Assembly: GCA_900553065.1 (NCBI GenBank)
Contig: USBZ01000004.1
Location: 762-64,761, forward strand
DNA from: an uncultured Desulfovibrio sp.
Lineage (GTDB): Bacteria; Desulfobacterota; Desulfovibrionia; Desulfovibrionales; Desulfovibrionaceae
Direction of reading: 5' to 3'
DNA length: 64,000 bases
Part shown: positions 1 through 10,326 of the stretch, one piece after another
Layout of the letters: each line of letters opens with the position of its first letter
How positions within the stretch are numbered: position 1 is the stretch's first letter
Position numbers and translations under genes: made by a program
Notes under the pieces: generated by a model
The model's database searches: none
What the model was told of the DNA's origin: nothing
What the model saw: the letters and a program-made list of their open reading frames with translations, nothing else

Positions 1-383
1 GAACGCTTCAGCCTGTTCTGGATCGTGGAGTTTTTGAACGTCTTCAGGACTTTTCCTGGCCCGGTAATGTTCGACAGCTGAGAAACACGCTGGAGCAGTC
101 CTTCATTCTTTGGCTTACGGATCCGGAGGCTTCCTTCATTCCCAGGCTGCCTTCGGAAAAGCCAGTCCGTCAGCTTCAGGAAGCGGGAAAAAGTCCCTTC
201 CTTTCACTGGATGAAGTCATGATTCAACATATTAAGGATGCGTTGATTCTCAGTCGAGGGAAGATTCATGGGCCGGGAGGCGCTGCCGAGCTTTTACATA
301 TGAATCCCTGTACGCTGCGCAGTCGTATGGCAAAGTTTCATATTCCGTTCGGTTCAGCGGCATCGCTCTACAGACATCAGTAG
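1..383 (+). CDS. 3' end of a sigma-54-dependent (NtrC/FhlA-type) transcriptional activator with C-terminal Fis-type HTH (partial)
   Basis: Not in the ORF track because it has no start here. Frame 3 reads ...FSWPGNVRQLRNTLEQ... (the WPGNVRELxN AAA+ motif) and ...IKDALILSRGKIHGPGGAAELLHMNPCTLRSRMAKF (Fis HTH), then TAG at 381-383. Confidence 0.9.
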   Translation, partial: TLQPVLDRGVFERLQDFSWPGNVRQLRNTLEQSFILWLTDPEASFIPRLPSEKPVRQLQEAGKSPFLSLDEVMIQHIKDALILSRGKIHGPGGAAELLHMNPCTLRSRMAKFHIPFGSAASLYRHQ

Positions 384-964
384 TATTTTATGTTGTTGAA
401 ATATAAATTGAAATAAATAAAAAATGTATTCGTATATTATTGTCGTATTTGGTTGTTGAATATGTTTGAAAGTGTATGATCAATTTATTATTATTTGTTG
501 ATATAAGAGTTGTATATCGTTATATTATAATGATATTATTGATGTGTATGTGTAAATAATCTGATTGTGATGCTGGGTTATGATGGTGAAGAATTGTTGA
601 AGATTCACATGGTTATATGTGTTTTAATTAATAAAAAAAACAACAAGTTGGATATGGTTTATGCGAAAAAAAGGATATTTTTCTTGACTTGAATGAAAGA
701 ATAGGATAAAAGAGACTTTCTGATAGAGTCATATGCGTTCCTGCTGACAATGGAACTTTCATGAAGAGGAGTCATCCTCTTTGCTTTTTTGTAAGTAATC
801 CATTGAAATAGCAGGTTTTTATGTTTTTTTCCTCTTTTTCTTCCACTTCTGTTTTCGACTTGAGCAAGCTCTGTGCCGGTTTGTAGCCGGTACGGAGCTT
901 TTGGTTATTAATCGTTCTTTGTTTGCCTCCTTTTTTTCTTCCTTTCTTTTTTCAGGAGACGCAC
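384..964 (+). promoter_or_regulatory. AT-rich regulatory region / long 5' leader of the RTX adhesin gene
   Basis: Strikingly AT-rich relative to the rest of the window. It has A8 (633-640) and A7 (666-672) tracts, a weak sigma-70-like TTGACT(684-689)-17-TAAAAG, and an AGGAG RBS before ATG 965. Confidence 0.5.
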
Positions 965-3900
965 ATGGCTGATATACTTCTCGCCAGACCTGCCGCAGGT
1001 ACATCCAATACTGTGGTCTGTAATGCTCAAGCCCGTTTCGTTTTTGCTTTTCCTGCCGATGAGGCCATGCTGTCCCGTGCCGGCGACAATCTTGTCATCA
1101 CGTTTGAAGACGGCAGCGTCATTCAGCTTGAGAATTTCTATACGGCCTATTCCAGTGACAATATGCCTTCATTCTCTGTGGAAGGCGCGGAAATTTCCGG
1201 CGAAGACTTTTTCATGGCCATGAATGAGCCTGATCTCATGCCTGCCGCCGGTCCGGCCCGAGCGGTGTCTCAGGGGAACGGCAATCGCTTTCATGACTTT
1301 GCCGACATGGCTCTTCTGGGCGGACTGGATCGCCTGGGCGGTCTGGACGTAGGCTGGCCGGGCAGCGAGGTGAATCCTGATCCGGAGATTGCATCCGCGG
1401 GGGAAGATATTGACTATGACGTGACCCTCACGCCTGTCGATCCCGGCGATCTTGGTGATATTCCTGTTATCGACAATCCCGACAATCCGCATGACGGCGG
1501 TGCGCCTGCCGGTGCCGAACGAGACGTGCTGAATGTGGAGGAAAGCGGTCTTCGCGGCGAGGGCAATGCCACGGCATCGGGCGCCATGATCATCGACGCC
1601 AAGGACGGAGTGTCCACCATCGTCATCGGCGGGGGGCTGGTTTTTGACGGTGCGTTTACAGGTAATAGAGTACCCACGGATGAAGGCTATCTGGAAGTGA
1701 CGGGTTTTAACGCCGACACCGGCAGACTGGACTATACGTATCATCTTACTCAGTCCACGCAGGAACATCAGGGCAAAGGAGAGGACAGCATCGCCCACGA
1801 TCTGGTGGTAACGGTGACAGATACTGATGGCTCAACCGGTTCCGGCGTGATAAGCGTGGTGATTACCGACGATGTCCCTTCCATCAAAAGTTTTACACAT
1901 GAAATAGAGGAAGGGGAAAACGCTCCCATTGTCGGCAGTGCTCTCTCCGGCGCTGTGGCCGGTGCGGATGGAGCGAACTTCGCCTGGGACGCGAGCCAGA
2001 ACGGGAATTTTGGTACCATTACTTTGAATGCCGATGGCAGCTACAGCTACAGGCTCGACCCTGACAACGCAAAGGTAAAGGCGCTGACGGAAGGCGACAC
2101 ACTGACGGAAAATTTCACTTACACCTATACGGATGCCGACGAAGATATGGCGAAGGGGTCCGTGACCATCACCATCAATGGTGTGAACAACGGCATCGTC
2201 GTTGAACCTACCGATCCTGATGCAGGTTCGGATAAAGTGACGGTGTATGAATCCGGCCTTGTGAATGGTTCAGAAGCTGGGGATAAGCCTATCTCGGCCT
2301 CCGGCTCTCTGCTCATCAGCGCGCCCGACGGCGTGGCTTCCATTGTCATCGGCGGCAAGCAAGTGGTTGTCAACGAGACTCTTACGAGCATCGAGAACGA
2401 CTTGAAGATCCCCATGGATGAAGGCACGCTGATCGTGGAGGGCTTCGACAAAGTCACGGGCGAGCTGACGTTCACCTATACGCTGACCGACAATACCACG
2501 GAACATAATACTGACGCTACGGACACGCAGGTTTCCCATGTCTTTACCGTGATGGTAACGGATATGGACGGCACTGCGGTCGGCAGCACCGTCACCGTGA
2601 CCATCGAGGACGACGGACCTTCCATCAACGTGACAGGTCTTGAAGGCGCTGTGGGCTCTGGTACCACGTCTGCGGAAGGCAGCTGGACGCACGACTTCGG
2701 CGCGGACCTTCCCGGTGTGCAGAAGATCACGGTGAACGGTCAGGAACTGACGCTGAGGGAAGGCGGCTCTGTGGAAGTACAGGGCACCTACGGTACGCTG
2801 ACGGTGAATGCCGACGGCAGCTACAGCTATACTGCGAAGCCCAATGCTGGCGGTAGCGACAGCTTCGAGTTTGTCATCACGGATGCTGACGGCGACAGCA
2901 AGGATGCGACGCTGACGGTGGAGGTGGAAGATTCCACGGTGAAGCCTGGCGACATGACGTTCTCCACGCAGGATGCGGACGTGGCCGAGAGTGGCAGCGA
3001 CAGCATGACGATGGATCTTGCGTCCGGTGTGACGCTGACGCAGGAAGCCGTTGATGCGGTGAACGCCACGATAGAATATGGTCAGTTCAGCCTGAGCGAA
3101 GACGGCAGGAGCCTGATCTTCACGCAGAACAGCGCCTACACGCATGGCGAAGGAGAAGTCAGCCATACGTTTGATCAGGTATCCTTTGATGTGACGGACG
3201 CCAACGGCAACGCGACGAAGCTGGACGTGACCGTGACCATCGAGGACGACGAGCCGAGTATCAGCATTGATACGGAAGCGACCGGCTCTTACGGCAGCAC
3301 GGTGACGGGCTCGGTGGACATGACGTTCGGAGCGGACAACGAAGGCGGCCAGAAGAGCGTAATTGTGAGACTGAACGACGAGAGCGTGACGGGTGTGGAA
3401 GATGGCGGCAATTATACGTTCACGTTCAAGGACGGCAGCAAGCTTACGCTTAACGGCGCGACGGGAGACTTCATCTACGACGGCGTTCCAGCCTCCGGCA
3501 CGGGAACGAGCTATACGTTCACGTTTACGGTAAAGGACGCCGACGGCGACATGGACACGGCGACGACCACGGCGGTGATTACTCCTAAGGTCAGCTATTA
3601 TGGCTCTGTTGCCAGTCATGATAACGACATACTTAATGAAACGGCAACCTTACACAGTGTGGCTGTCCCCAATATGCCCGGCATCAAGGAAATTACTGAC
3701 GGAGCCAATGTGTATGACGAGAGTGGAACGCGTATCGGTAAGTTCACTCTATCCGGCGGTACACTCTTCTTCGAGCAGGTTTCAGCCTATATTCATGATC
3801 CCAACAGTAACAGTGTTACGCTGCCTCAGCAGATTAGTGTGACGGATATATACGGCAAGCCGCACATTATTGAGGTGAACGTTACGATTCAAGACAGTCT

Positions 3901-6694
3901 TCCCGAGGCCAAGAATGATTCCATTGAGCTGCAGGAAAGAGGTGAGAAGGACGTTGATGCTCAGGGTAACGTGCTTGATAATGATACATTGAGTGCAGAC
4001 GATGCCACGCTTGTGACTGTTGTGAAGCCTGCGGACGGCGAACCTGTCGTTCTCGAAAACGGCAAGGCGGTGATCAACGGAAAGCTCGGAACGCTCACTA
4101 TCAATGCTGACGGCACATACACATATAAGCTGTATGACGATACCATTATTCCCGATAGTGCCATCGTTCGTGAGGAGTTCACCTATACCATCATGGATGC
4201 CGACGGCGATACTTCTACGGCGGCTGCACTGACCATCCTTGTCGGTAAGGGAACCGTGCATGTGAAGGAATCGGGAATTGGCATCGATGAACACGGCGAT
4301 GAAATAGACGTTCGCGGCGTAGATATTGCTGAAGGCCATGTGGAAGGTGTAGTGAAGAGTGTTGTGGCCGGAAATACGCAGTATACGGATGAGAACATGA
4401 TTCCCGATAAGTATAAGCTGAGTGTCGAACGTATGGATGAGCAAGGTGATAGCATCACCATACATACGAACTACGGCGATCTTGTTGTGGATAAGAGTAC
4501 TGGTAACTATAGGTTCGAGTTGGATGACGCAGCGGCCGACCCTCTGCCGGACGGCTTCGAAATAACGCAAGAATTCAAGTTTACTACGACTGTAGATGGT
4601 ATAGAGACAGCTCAGGAAGTAGTCGTGGTCATCGAGGGTACCAATGACGCTGGTAGTCTTAAAGAGGCCGGTACAGGCGGCCACTCTGAGAATAAGCTGT
4701 GGATGGATGCCAAGGCGGAAGGCGCAGACAGTGTTGAGCGTCCCTATGATGCCACGAATCATCCCAATCTCAGTGAGGATCTTGAGGATCTGGGGCAGAA
4801 TTCAGGCGGTACGGCACGGCCTACAACTTGGCTGCCGTTTACGCTGAAGGACCCGGATTTCGGGGACAGTCTGACTTTCCAGGCATTTTATAAGGGGCCA
4901 AGTAATAATGCCGATTCTGATACAAGCATGTCAGGGCAGAGTTTCGTTTCCTATCAGGAACTTCTGCATGGTATGGAAAGCGATCCTCTCAGCCTGGCCC
5001 TTTCTGTGGAATGGGGGAACTTCAAACAGAACTTTACCTCCGAACAGCTGGACGGGATGCTGTTTTGTCGTACCGAGTATGGTATCTTTGCCATTACCAA
5101 TGAGGCCTTGGAGCTGAAGGATCTGAACAATCTTGAAGGAGCCCAGTATTGGCTGACCTTCCTGGTGGATTCGGATGCTGATGTCATCCGTCAGATGGCT
5201 GAAGGATCGTACGAGGGACTCTCGAACGGCAAGATACTCAATTTTGCCTTCCAGGTAACGGATAAGACAGGCAATACCGTCCAGACCAGCACCGGAACCG
5301 GTGGTTACGCCGACACCAACCATGTTCTTGTGCATGTGTATGGCTCCAATGATACTCCGGAAGTGAAACTTGATCATGGCCAGCTCGTCGTTCATGACGA
5401 TGATGTCAACAATTTCAATAACTCCGGGCAGGCGGGAGGAGACTCGGAAAGCCACACCATAACCGTTGAGTACGCCAACAATACGTACACGGGAACGCTC
5501 GTCGCCGGAACAGTGACGTTATATGATTGGTCTAATTATAATTATATTACATGCAACGTTACAACTGGCGATGGGGTCGGTACCAACTTCATCATAAGTA
5601 ACTTTAGCCGGCTAGGATTGTGGGGTGGCCCCATCACCGGGCAGCTCACTATCACCATTACGGATAAGCGCGGGAATTCCGCCATATATAAGGTTAATGC
5701 CGAACACGGGCAGCTTGTGGATATTCCGGAAGGCTTTACTCTGACAGGCACCGGTGAAGCAGAGAACCTGTACGGCGGCGGAGGTGATGACACACTCAAT
5801 GGTGACGGCGGCAACGACAGCCTGTGGGGCGGCGCCGGCAACGATGTGCTCAACGGCGGCGCCGGTAACGACATGCTCTACGGAGAGTCCGGTAACGATA
5901 GTCTCAATGGTGGGGCCGGTCTGGATATTCTCGTCGGCGGCGACGGCAGCGACAGCCTTGAAGGAGACACGGGCAACGACGTACTCATTGGTGATGGACA
6001 GGGAGACCTGCAGACTGTCATCGAAGATGCAGCCAATGCCGAAACCTTCCGTGAGTTCTTGGAACTCAAGTCCCCCGAGGAGCTGGAGAGCTATATCGAG
6101 CAGTTTGAGACGGTATCCGACGGCAACGATACCCTTGATGGCGGTGATGGTAATGACATGCTCTTCGGTATGGGGGGCAACGATATTCTCCGCGGTGGAG
6201 CTGGAGATGACTATCTCTTTGGCGGAAGCGGAGACGACTACCTGGACGGCGGCTCCGGCTCCGACACCATTTTCGCTGGTTTCGGCAGCGACATCATCGT
6301 GTACGATAAGAGCGACTATCTGGTGGACGGAGGTTCCGGCATAGACGTGATGATTCATGACAAAACGCTGAGTCTGGATGCGCTCCTGGGCGGTGACGGT
6401 GCTGGAAACGGTCCCATCGTCAATGACGTGGAAGTGCTCATCACCGGTGATAAAGCACTCAGTCTGACCAGCATGGACAAGCTGAGCGAGGTCGGCATCA
6501 CCATTACCCATGGTGAGGGCAGTGATACGCTTTCACTGAGTGACGGATGGAAGGCTGTGGATTCGGATACCTCCGATGGGGTGGTATCGTACACGAACGA
6601 GACTCACGATTTGACGGTACAGATCGACGTGAGCGCTATGAATCAGTCTGATGTTGAACAGGCGATCTTCATTCTCAACAACACGAACGGATAA
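965..6694 (+). CDS. Large type I-secreted RTX adhesin (LapA/BapA-like) with retention module, Ig-like/VCBS/cadherin-like repeats and Ca-binding RTX nonapeptides
   Basis: AGGAG RBS precedes ATG 965. The N-terminus [22 protein letters not shown] is followed by MPAAG. There are repeated acidic modules ([25 protein letters not shown]) and GGxGxD nonapeptide blocks at ~5770-5995 and ~6120-6300. No Sec signal peptide. Confidence 0.9.
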   Translation: MADILLARPAAGTSNTVVCNAQARFVFAFPADEAMLSRAGDNLVITFEDGSVIQLENFYTAYSSDNMPSFSVEGAEISGEDFFMAMNEPDLMPAAGPARAVSQGNGNRFHDFADMALLGGLDRLGGLDVGWPGSEVNPDPEIASAGEDIDYDVTLTPVDPGDLGDIPVIDNPDNPHDGGAPAGAERDVLNVEESGLRGEGNATASGAMIIDAKDGVSTIVIGGGLVFDGAFTGNRVPTDEGYLEVTGFNADTGRLDYTYHLTQSTQEHQGKGEDSIAHDLVVTVTDTDGSTGSGVISVVITDDVPSIKSFTHEIEEGENAPIVGSALSGAVAGADGANFAWDASQNGNFGTITLNADGSYSYRLDPDNAKVKALTEGDTLTENFTYTYTDADEDMAKGSVTITINGVNNGIVVEPTDPDAGSDKVTVYESGLVNGSEAGDKPISASGSLLISAPDGVASIVIGGKQVVVNETLTSIENDLKIPMDEGTLIVEGFDKVTGELTFTYTLTDNTTEHNTDATDTQVSHVFTVMVTDMDGTAVGSTVTVTIEDDGPSINVTGLEGAVGSGTTSAEGSWTHDFGADLPGVQKITVNGQELTLREGGSVEVQGTYGTLTVNADGSYSYTAKPNAGGSDSFEFVITDADGDSKDATLTVEVEDSTVKPGDMTFSTQDADVAESGSDSMTMDLASGVTLTQEAVDAVNATIEYGQFSLSEDGRSLIFTQNSAYTHGEGEVSHTFDQVSFDVTDANGNATKLDVTVTIEDDEPSISIDTEATGSYGSTVTGSVDMTFGADNEGGQKSVIVRLNDESVTGVEDGGNYTFTFKDGSKLTLNGATGDFIYDGVPASGTGTSYTFTFTVKDADGDMDTATTTAVITPKVSYYGSVASHDNDILNETATLHSVAVPNMPGIKEITDGANVYDESGTRIGKFTLSGGTLFFEQVSAYIHDPNSNSVTLPQQISVTDIYGKPHIIEVNVTIQDSLPEAKNDSIELQERGEKDVDAQGNVLDNDTLSADDATLVTVVKPADGEPVVLENGKAVINGKLGTLTINADGTYTYKLYDDTIIPDSAIVREEFTYTIMDADGDTSTAAALTILVGKGTVHVKESGIGIDEHGDEIDVRGVDIAEGHVEGVVKSVVAGNTQYTDENMIPDKYKLSVERMDEQGDSITIHTNYGDLVVDKSTGNYRFELDDAAADPLPDGFEITQEFKFTTTVDGIETAQEVVVVIEGTNDAGSLKEAGTGGHSENKLWMDAKAEGADSVERPYDATNHPNLSEDLEDLGQNSGGTARPTTWLPFTLKDPDFGDSLTFQAFYKGPSNNADSDTSMSGQSFVSYQELLHGMESDPLSLALSVEWGNFKQNFTSEQLDGMLFCRTEYGIFAITNEALELKDLNNLEGAQYWLTFLVDSDADVIRQMAEGSYEGLSNGKILNFAFQVTDKTGNTVQTSTGTGGYADTNHVLVHVYGSNDTPEVKLDHGQLVVHDDDVNNFNNSGQAGGDSESHTITVEYANNTYTGTLVAGTVTLYDWSNYNYITCNVTTGDGVGTNFIISNFSRLGLWGGPITGQLTITITDKRGNSAIYKVNAEHGQLVDIPEGFTLTGTGEAENLYGGGGDDTLNGDGGNDSLWGGAGNDVLNGGAGNDMLYGESGNDSLNGGAGLDILVGGDGSDSLEGDTGNDVLIGDGQGDLQTVIEDAANAETFREFLELKSPEELESYIEQFETVSDGNDTLDGGDGNDMLFGMGGNDILRGGAGDDYLFGGSGDDYLDGGSGSDTIFAGFGSDIIVYDKSDYLVDGGSGIDVMIHDKTLSLDALLGGDGAGNGPIVNDVEVLITGDKALSLTSMDKLSEVGITITHGEGSDTLSLSDGWKAVDSDTSDGVVSYTNETHDLTVQIDVSAMNQSDVEQAIFILNNTNG
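5770..6300 (+). repeat. RTX GGxGxDxLx nonapeptide repeats (two blocks)
   Basis: Examples: [36 protein letters not shown], and later [36 protein letters not shown]. Confidence 0.95.
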
Positions 6695-6702
6695 TCACTG
6701 AG

Positions 6703-6740
6703 CAGGGCTGTCGGCTTGATTTGCATGGCCGGCAGCCCTG
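6703..6740 (+). terminator. Stem-loop downstream of the RTX gene
   Basis: Inverted repeat CAGGGCTGTCGGC...GCCGGCAGCCCTG just after the stop. The U-tract is weak. Confidence 0.5.
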
Positions 6741-6854
6741 TGTTATCGGAAGGCTGCGACGCTATACATGTACCGATGGATAATATGCCATGAAGTTATA
6801 CGTGTTATGACGACCGGTACGCATGAGGTCGGCATAAGATTTGTGTGAGGGCAT

Positions 6855-8024
6855 ATGCGCATATTGTTTTGCAACGATACGTATCCAGGCTGCTTCGGTA
6901 AGATGCCCTCACTGCTGGCCTCGAATCCTGACAATCAGGTCATGTTTCTTTCTTTTTATCCGAGACAGGATAAAGCTGGTCCGGGAATCATTCACGCCCG
7001 GCTTAAAATAGATAGAAACCGCAGCACACCGGGCATGGATGCCTATACGGAAGAATGGAACAAGGCGATGAGGCTTGCGCAGCAGGCCTGCCGTACCTTC
7101 TTTCATATTCGGGAGTCGGGGTTCATTCCCGACATGATATTTGTTTCTTTTGCGGATGGTCCGGCTCTTTTTCTCCGGCACGCCTTTCCCGAAGCTTTTA
7201 TTGTTTCCTATCTGGGCATTACACGGACAAAGCACGAGACGAGAACGGAAAAGCTGAATGCTCTTATGGACATTCAGAAGGCCCAGATCACGCAAAGCAA
7301 TCTTTATTTTGTTCGTTCCGAAAGTCAGAAACAGCATTTTCCCACAATGCTGCACTCCGTTATTCATGTTCGCCCGCAGCATGTGGATACGGAGTTCTTT
7401 TCTCCCCGACCGGGAGATCTTTCGCTGTTTTTCCCCAGGACGCCTGAGCTCTGGAACGGAGAACTCATCACGTTTCACATGAAGGGGCTTTCCGCAGGAA
7501 GTCATGATATGCGACAGGTTATTCTCGGTCTGCTGGCGCATCGTCCGCATTGTCTGATTGTTCTGTTCTTCGGTAACGGAACATCGAAGGCTGTCTGGGA
7601 ACCTCTGCACAGCTCACTGCCGGAAGAGATGCGGTCACGACTGCTTCTTCTCGGAGGGCTTGATCTTCAGGCATATCGAAATATGCTGCTGGTGAGCTCC
7701 GTGCATGTTTTTCCAGAACAGACGGATGCGCCGTTGCAGGGCATGCTTGAGACCATGAGCTGTCAGACGCTTGTCATGACGCCTGTTGCAGACGGCGAGC
7801 ATACCGTTTTTGCGGATGGAAAGAATATTATTGATTTTCCGGAAAACGGTTCTGAAGCCCGACTGGAGAAAATATGTACTGTACTGGATCATCAAAAAGA
7901 TCTGGATGCGGTAAAGAAAGCGGGGCGGCAGTACGTTCTTGAGCATCACAGCGACAACATATCGTTCATGCAACATTTGAAGTTTGTTATGAACGAGTAT
8001 GAAAAACATATTGCAGCACGCTAG
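6855..8024 (+). CDS. Glycosyltransferase, GT4 / GT-B fold
   Basis: N-terminal MRILF..YPGCF, GFIPDMIF, HVDTEFFSP and a C-terminal D-x7-E..MSC motif (variant of the GT4 E-x7-E) followed by ..DGKN.. Confidence 0.75.
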   Translation: MRILFCNDTYPGCFGKMPSLLASNPDNQVMFLSFYPRQDKAGPGIIHARLKIDRNRSTPGMDAYTEEWNKAMRLAQQACRTFFHIRESGFIPDMIFVSFADGPALFLRHAFPEAFIVSYLGITRTKHETRTEKLNALMDIQKAQITQSNLYFVRSESQKQHFPTMLHSVIHVRPQHVDTEFFSPRPGDLSLFFPRTPELWNGELITFHMKGLSAGSHDMRQVILGLLAHRPHCLIVLFFGNGTSKAVWEPLHSSLPEEMRSRLLLLGGLDLQAYRNMLLVSSVHVFPEQTDAPLQGMLETMSCQTLVMTPVADGEHTVFADGKNIIDFPENGSEARLEKICTVLDHQKDLDAVKKAGRQYVLEHHSDNISFMQHLKFVMNEYEKHIAAR

Positions 8025-8122
8025 CCCTCCCGCGACATCTTCTCTTGCGGATGCGTGTCGAAGGCATGAGAACCCTTTCTTTATTTTATTCGAGCACAGG
8101 GAAGATGCTCGCGGAATGTGTT

Positions 8123-8692
8123 TTAAAGAAGTCGCCCGTTGTCATTCCATTCGCCGTACATGATTCCCTTTTTGGTGTTGTCCAGAAGCTTTTGCAGGCG
8201 GCTGTTGAATAATTCCGGCTGGTTCTTTTTTATCTGAATGGTATCTACTCTCACCCGCTGATAGAGCGGGGGGAATGCCTGGAAGTTTTTCCAGATTTCG
8301 GGATCCGCCTGCAGGGCTTTCAGTATTTCCCTGTCGATGACGAAGCCGTTTTCCGACATGTCGGGCAGTACGGCTCTGCCTGCATCCGTCATGCGCCCGA
8401 GCCGCTCCTGTCTTCGGCAGCGCTCTTTATTCAGTTCGGACCATATGCTGCCTTTCCGGCGCGGAGCCAGCCTCTGCGCCGTTGTTCCCTCATCCGTTTT
8501 TTTCGTCGTACTGTCGATCCAGCCGAAGCACATGGCTTCTTCCACGGCGTCTATGTACCAGAACGTTCCATCATCGACAGGCCTTCCGCGTTTGACGATA
8601 ACCCAGCATTCTTTTTCCGTGCGGTAATGTTCTGCAAGCCATAGACGCAGCTCATGCCTGTTTTTTGCCGGTAGAATGTTGATGATATCCAT
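8123..8692 (-). CDS. YdeI/OmdA (OmpD-associated, 'bacteriocin-protection') family protein
   Basis: LRLWLAEH...WYIDAVEEAMCFGWIDS...PRRKGSIWSELNK...GRMTDAG motifs. The start was moved to ATG 8692 (MDIINIL). Confidence 0.85.
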   Translation of the reverse strand: MDIINILPAKNRHELRLWLAEHYRTEKECWVIVKRGRPVDDGTFWYIDAVEEAMCFGWIDSTTKKTDEGTTAQRLAPRRKGSIWSELNKERCRRQERLGRMTDAGRAVLPDMSENGFVIDREILKALQADPEIWKNFQAFPPLYQRVRVDTIQIKKNQPELFNSRLQKLLDNTKKGIMYGEWNDNGRLL

Positions 8693-8823
8693 TTTAGGTG
8701 TCCTGACGGATGTGTATCCAGTGTTGAAGAAAAAGGGGGTAGGCGGAGATTTCAGGCTGTATCGGAGTATCGGGGCAAGATCTGATGATGAGAGATAGGT
8801 TTCAACGTTCAGACGACAAAGCA

Positions 8824-8855
8824 AAAAAAGAGCCCGGTGAAGCAACCGGGCTCTT
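8824..8855 (-). terminator. Intrinsic terminator after tRNA-Arg
   Basis: AAGAGCCCGGT-loop-ACCGGGCTCTT hairpin followed by a T7 run on the minus strand. Confidence 0.85.
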
Positions 8856-8865
8856 ATGTGCTCAA

Positions 8866-8942
<77 letters not shown>

Positions 8943-8952
8943 ACGAGGCAAG

Positions 8953-8981
8953 AATTTAGCCTTTGATCAGTACCCTGTCAA
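8953..8981 (-). promoter_or_regulatory. Sigma-70 promoter of tRNA-Arg
   Basis: Minus strand TTGACA-17bp-TAAATT immediately upstream of the tRNA 5' end. Confidence 0.75.
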
Positions 8982-9165
8982 GCTTGGCCTTGTTGAGACA
9001 AGCAGCGTCCAGCTTAAGGAATATAAGAGGAGCCTCTTTTTTCCTCGGTCCTCCGTCATTTGTACGGCAAGCTTCTCATGGCAGGCGGACAACACAGGCT
9101 GGACGTCGCGGAAAAGTGCTTTTTCACTGCGGCAGGTTCAGGGCAGGATGCGGGGCCTGCAAAGC

Positions 9166-9525
9166 TCAGGAGAGCTTTTCGATATAGCGGACCCGCAGGT
9201 GGGCATCGGGATTTTCAGCGGTCTTCTTCTTGGTCATTTCACCGGTAAGCCGTACGGTATCCTTCGGCGTAACGTCGATCTGCCCGAAGACATGGGGCGG
9301 AATATCCACGGTCATGGTTCCGCTCTTGTCCTGGAAGGTATATCTGTTCTTTTCCAGGTGTCTGACGATGTTTCCGTCGAGAACACAGGTCGTATCGTTA
9401 CCGGAATCAACGGCGGCCTGGACTGTAGTGACGACTTCGTGTGCGTCGCTCGGACCGATGAATGCGGCATAGGCGTTCGTTGAAAGGAGAAAAGACAGAG
9501 ATACAGCCAGAACGGAAATCTTCAT
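9166..9525 (-). CDS. Periplasmic OB-fold (BOF) stress protein, YgiW/YdeI/NirD family
   Basis: Signal peptide (..NAYAAF.GP), then VLDGNIVRHL...YTFQDKSGTMTVDI...VTPKDTVRLTGE. GGAGG RBS before ATG 9525. Confidence 0.88.
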   Translation of the reverse strand: MKISVLAVSLSFLLSTNAYAAFIGPSDAHEVVTTVQAAVDSGNDTTCVLDGNIVRHLEKNRYTFQDKSGTMTVDIPPHVFGQIDVTPKDTVRLTGEMTKKKTAENPDAHLRVRYIEKLS

Positions 9526-9713
9526 AAGGAATCCTCCATACACACATAAGGGCAGACACGGTCTGCCGGTCGATGGACAGTGTACGCGTTTTCTCGGAAA
9601 GCTGCAATGAGCTCTGCGTTTCCCACTCGGGGTACAAGATGAGGTGAAAGGAAATCATGTATGCCTGGCATGGTGAATCGTTGGTTCGGCAGTCGATTCG
9701 CAATGACCGTAAG

Positions 9714-9763
9714 AAAAACCGGCGTCCATCTGCAAAAGTCTTCTGCAGGCGGACGCCGGTTTT
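9714..9763. terminator. Probable bidirectional terminator-like hairpin downstream of the VOC gene
   Basis: AAAACCGGCGTCC...GGACGCCGGTTTT inverted repeat flanked by A/T runs. Confidence 0.6.
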
Positions 9764-9813
9764 ATGAAGAATGTATGGATGATGCGTTCTTCCGCATGAC
9801 GGACGGGAGAGAA

Positions 9814-10182
9814 CTAGACGTCGGCTCCGATGCGCATGAGTTCGAGCGTGATGCCCTGGGGCACGCTGACAAAGGAACAGTCGTCGCTGGCCTTGTTGAG
9901 CAGCTTTCCGCCGAACTGGCTGACGAGCTTCTCCGCCATGACGTTGGGATCCTCCACACGGATGCCGAGATGGTTGAGACCGCAGGCGGCGCCATCGGGC
10001 ATGGGAGCGTCGGCGGGGATCTTCTTGAGGAAGATCTGCACGCCGGAGAGCGTGACAACGGCGCCGTCGGCTCCGCCGAACTTGCGGAAGCGAACGAAGC
10101 TGGCGCCGAGGGCTTCGGTCCAGAAGCGGATCATGGCGTCGAGGTCGGAGCAGCAGAGATGAACGTGGTCAAAGGAAATCAT
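9814..10182 (-). CDS. VOC / glyoxalase family protein
   Basis: FDHVHL..SDLDAMIRFW..ALG, GLNHLGIRVED and PQGITLEL motifs. AAGGAG RBS before ATG 10182. Confidence 0.88.
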   Translation of the reverse strand: MISFDHVHLCCSDLDAMIRFWTEALGASFVRFRKFGGADGAVVTLSGVQIFLKKIPADAPMPDGAACGLNHLGIRVEDPNVMAEKLVSQFGGKLLNKASDDCSFVSVPQGITLELMRIGADV

Positions 10183-10326
10183 GGGTACTCCTTTGCTTGA
10201 AGCGTGGTTGAACGTGTGTGATGTCGGCAAAAGTGCCGCTTGTCTGTCCGGTTCCGGCCTGCCCGTCCTTTTCGGAGTCGGAAGATTTTGCCGCGGCGGG
10301 CGAAGCTGAGCCGGCAGACGTTCTCC

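Noticed and set aside
384..964. Sigma-54 (-24/-12) promoter or c-di-GMP riboswitch upstream of the adhesin
   Set aside because: No TGGCAC-N5-TTGC-like GG-N10-GC element and no GEMM core were found by eye.
923..964. TTG start of the adhesin in the ORF track
   Set aside because: The AGGAG RBS supports ATG 965. The extension is a pyrimidine-rich leader.
9647..9659. 13-bp match (AAAGGAAATCATG) to the VOC gene start at ~10171-10183
   Set aside because: It is short with no extended homology and is probably chance.
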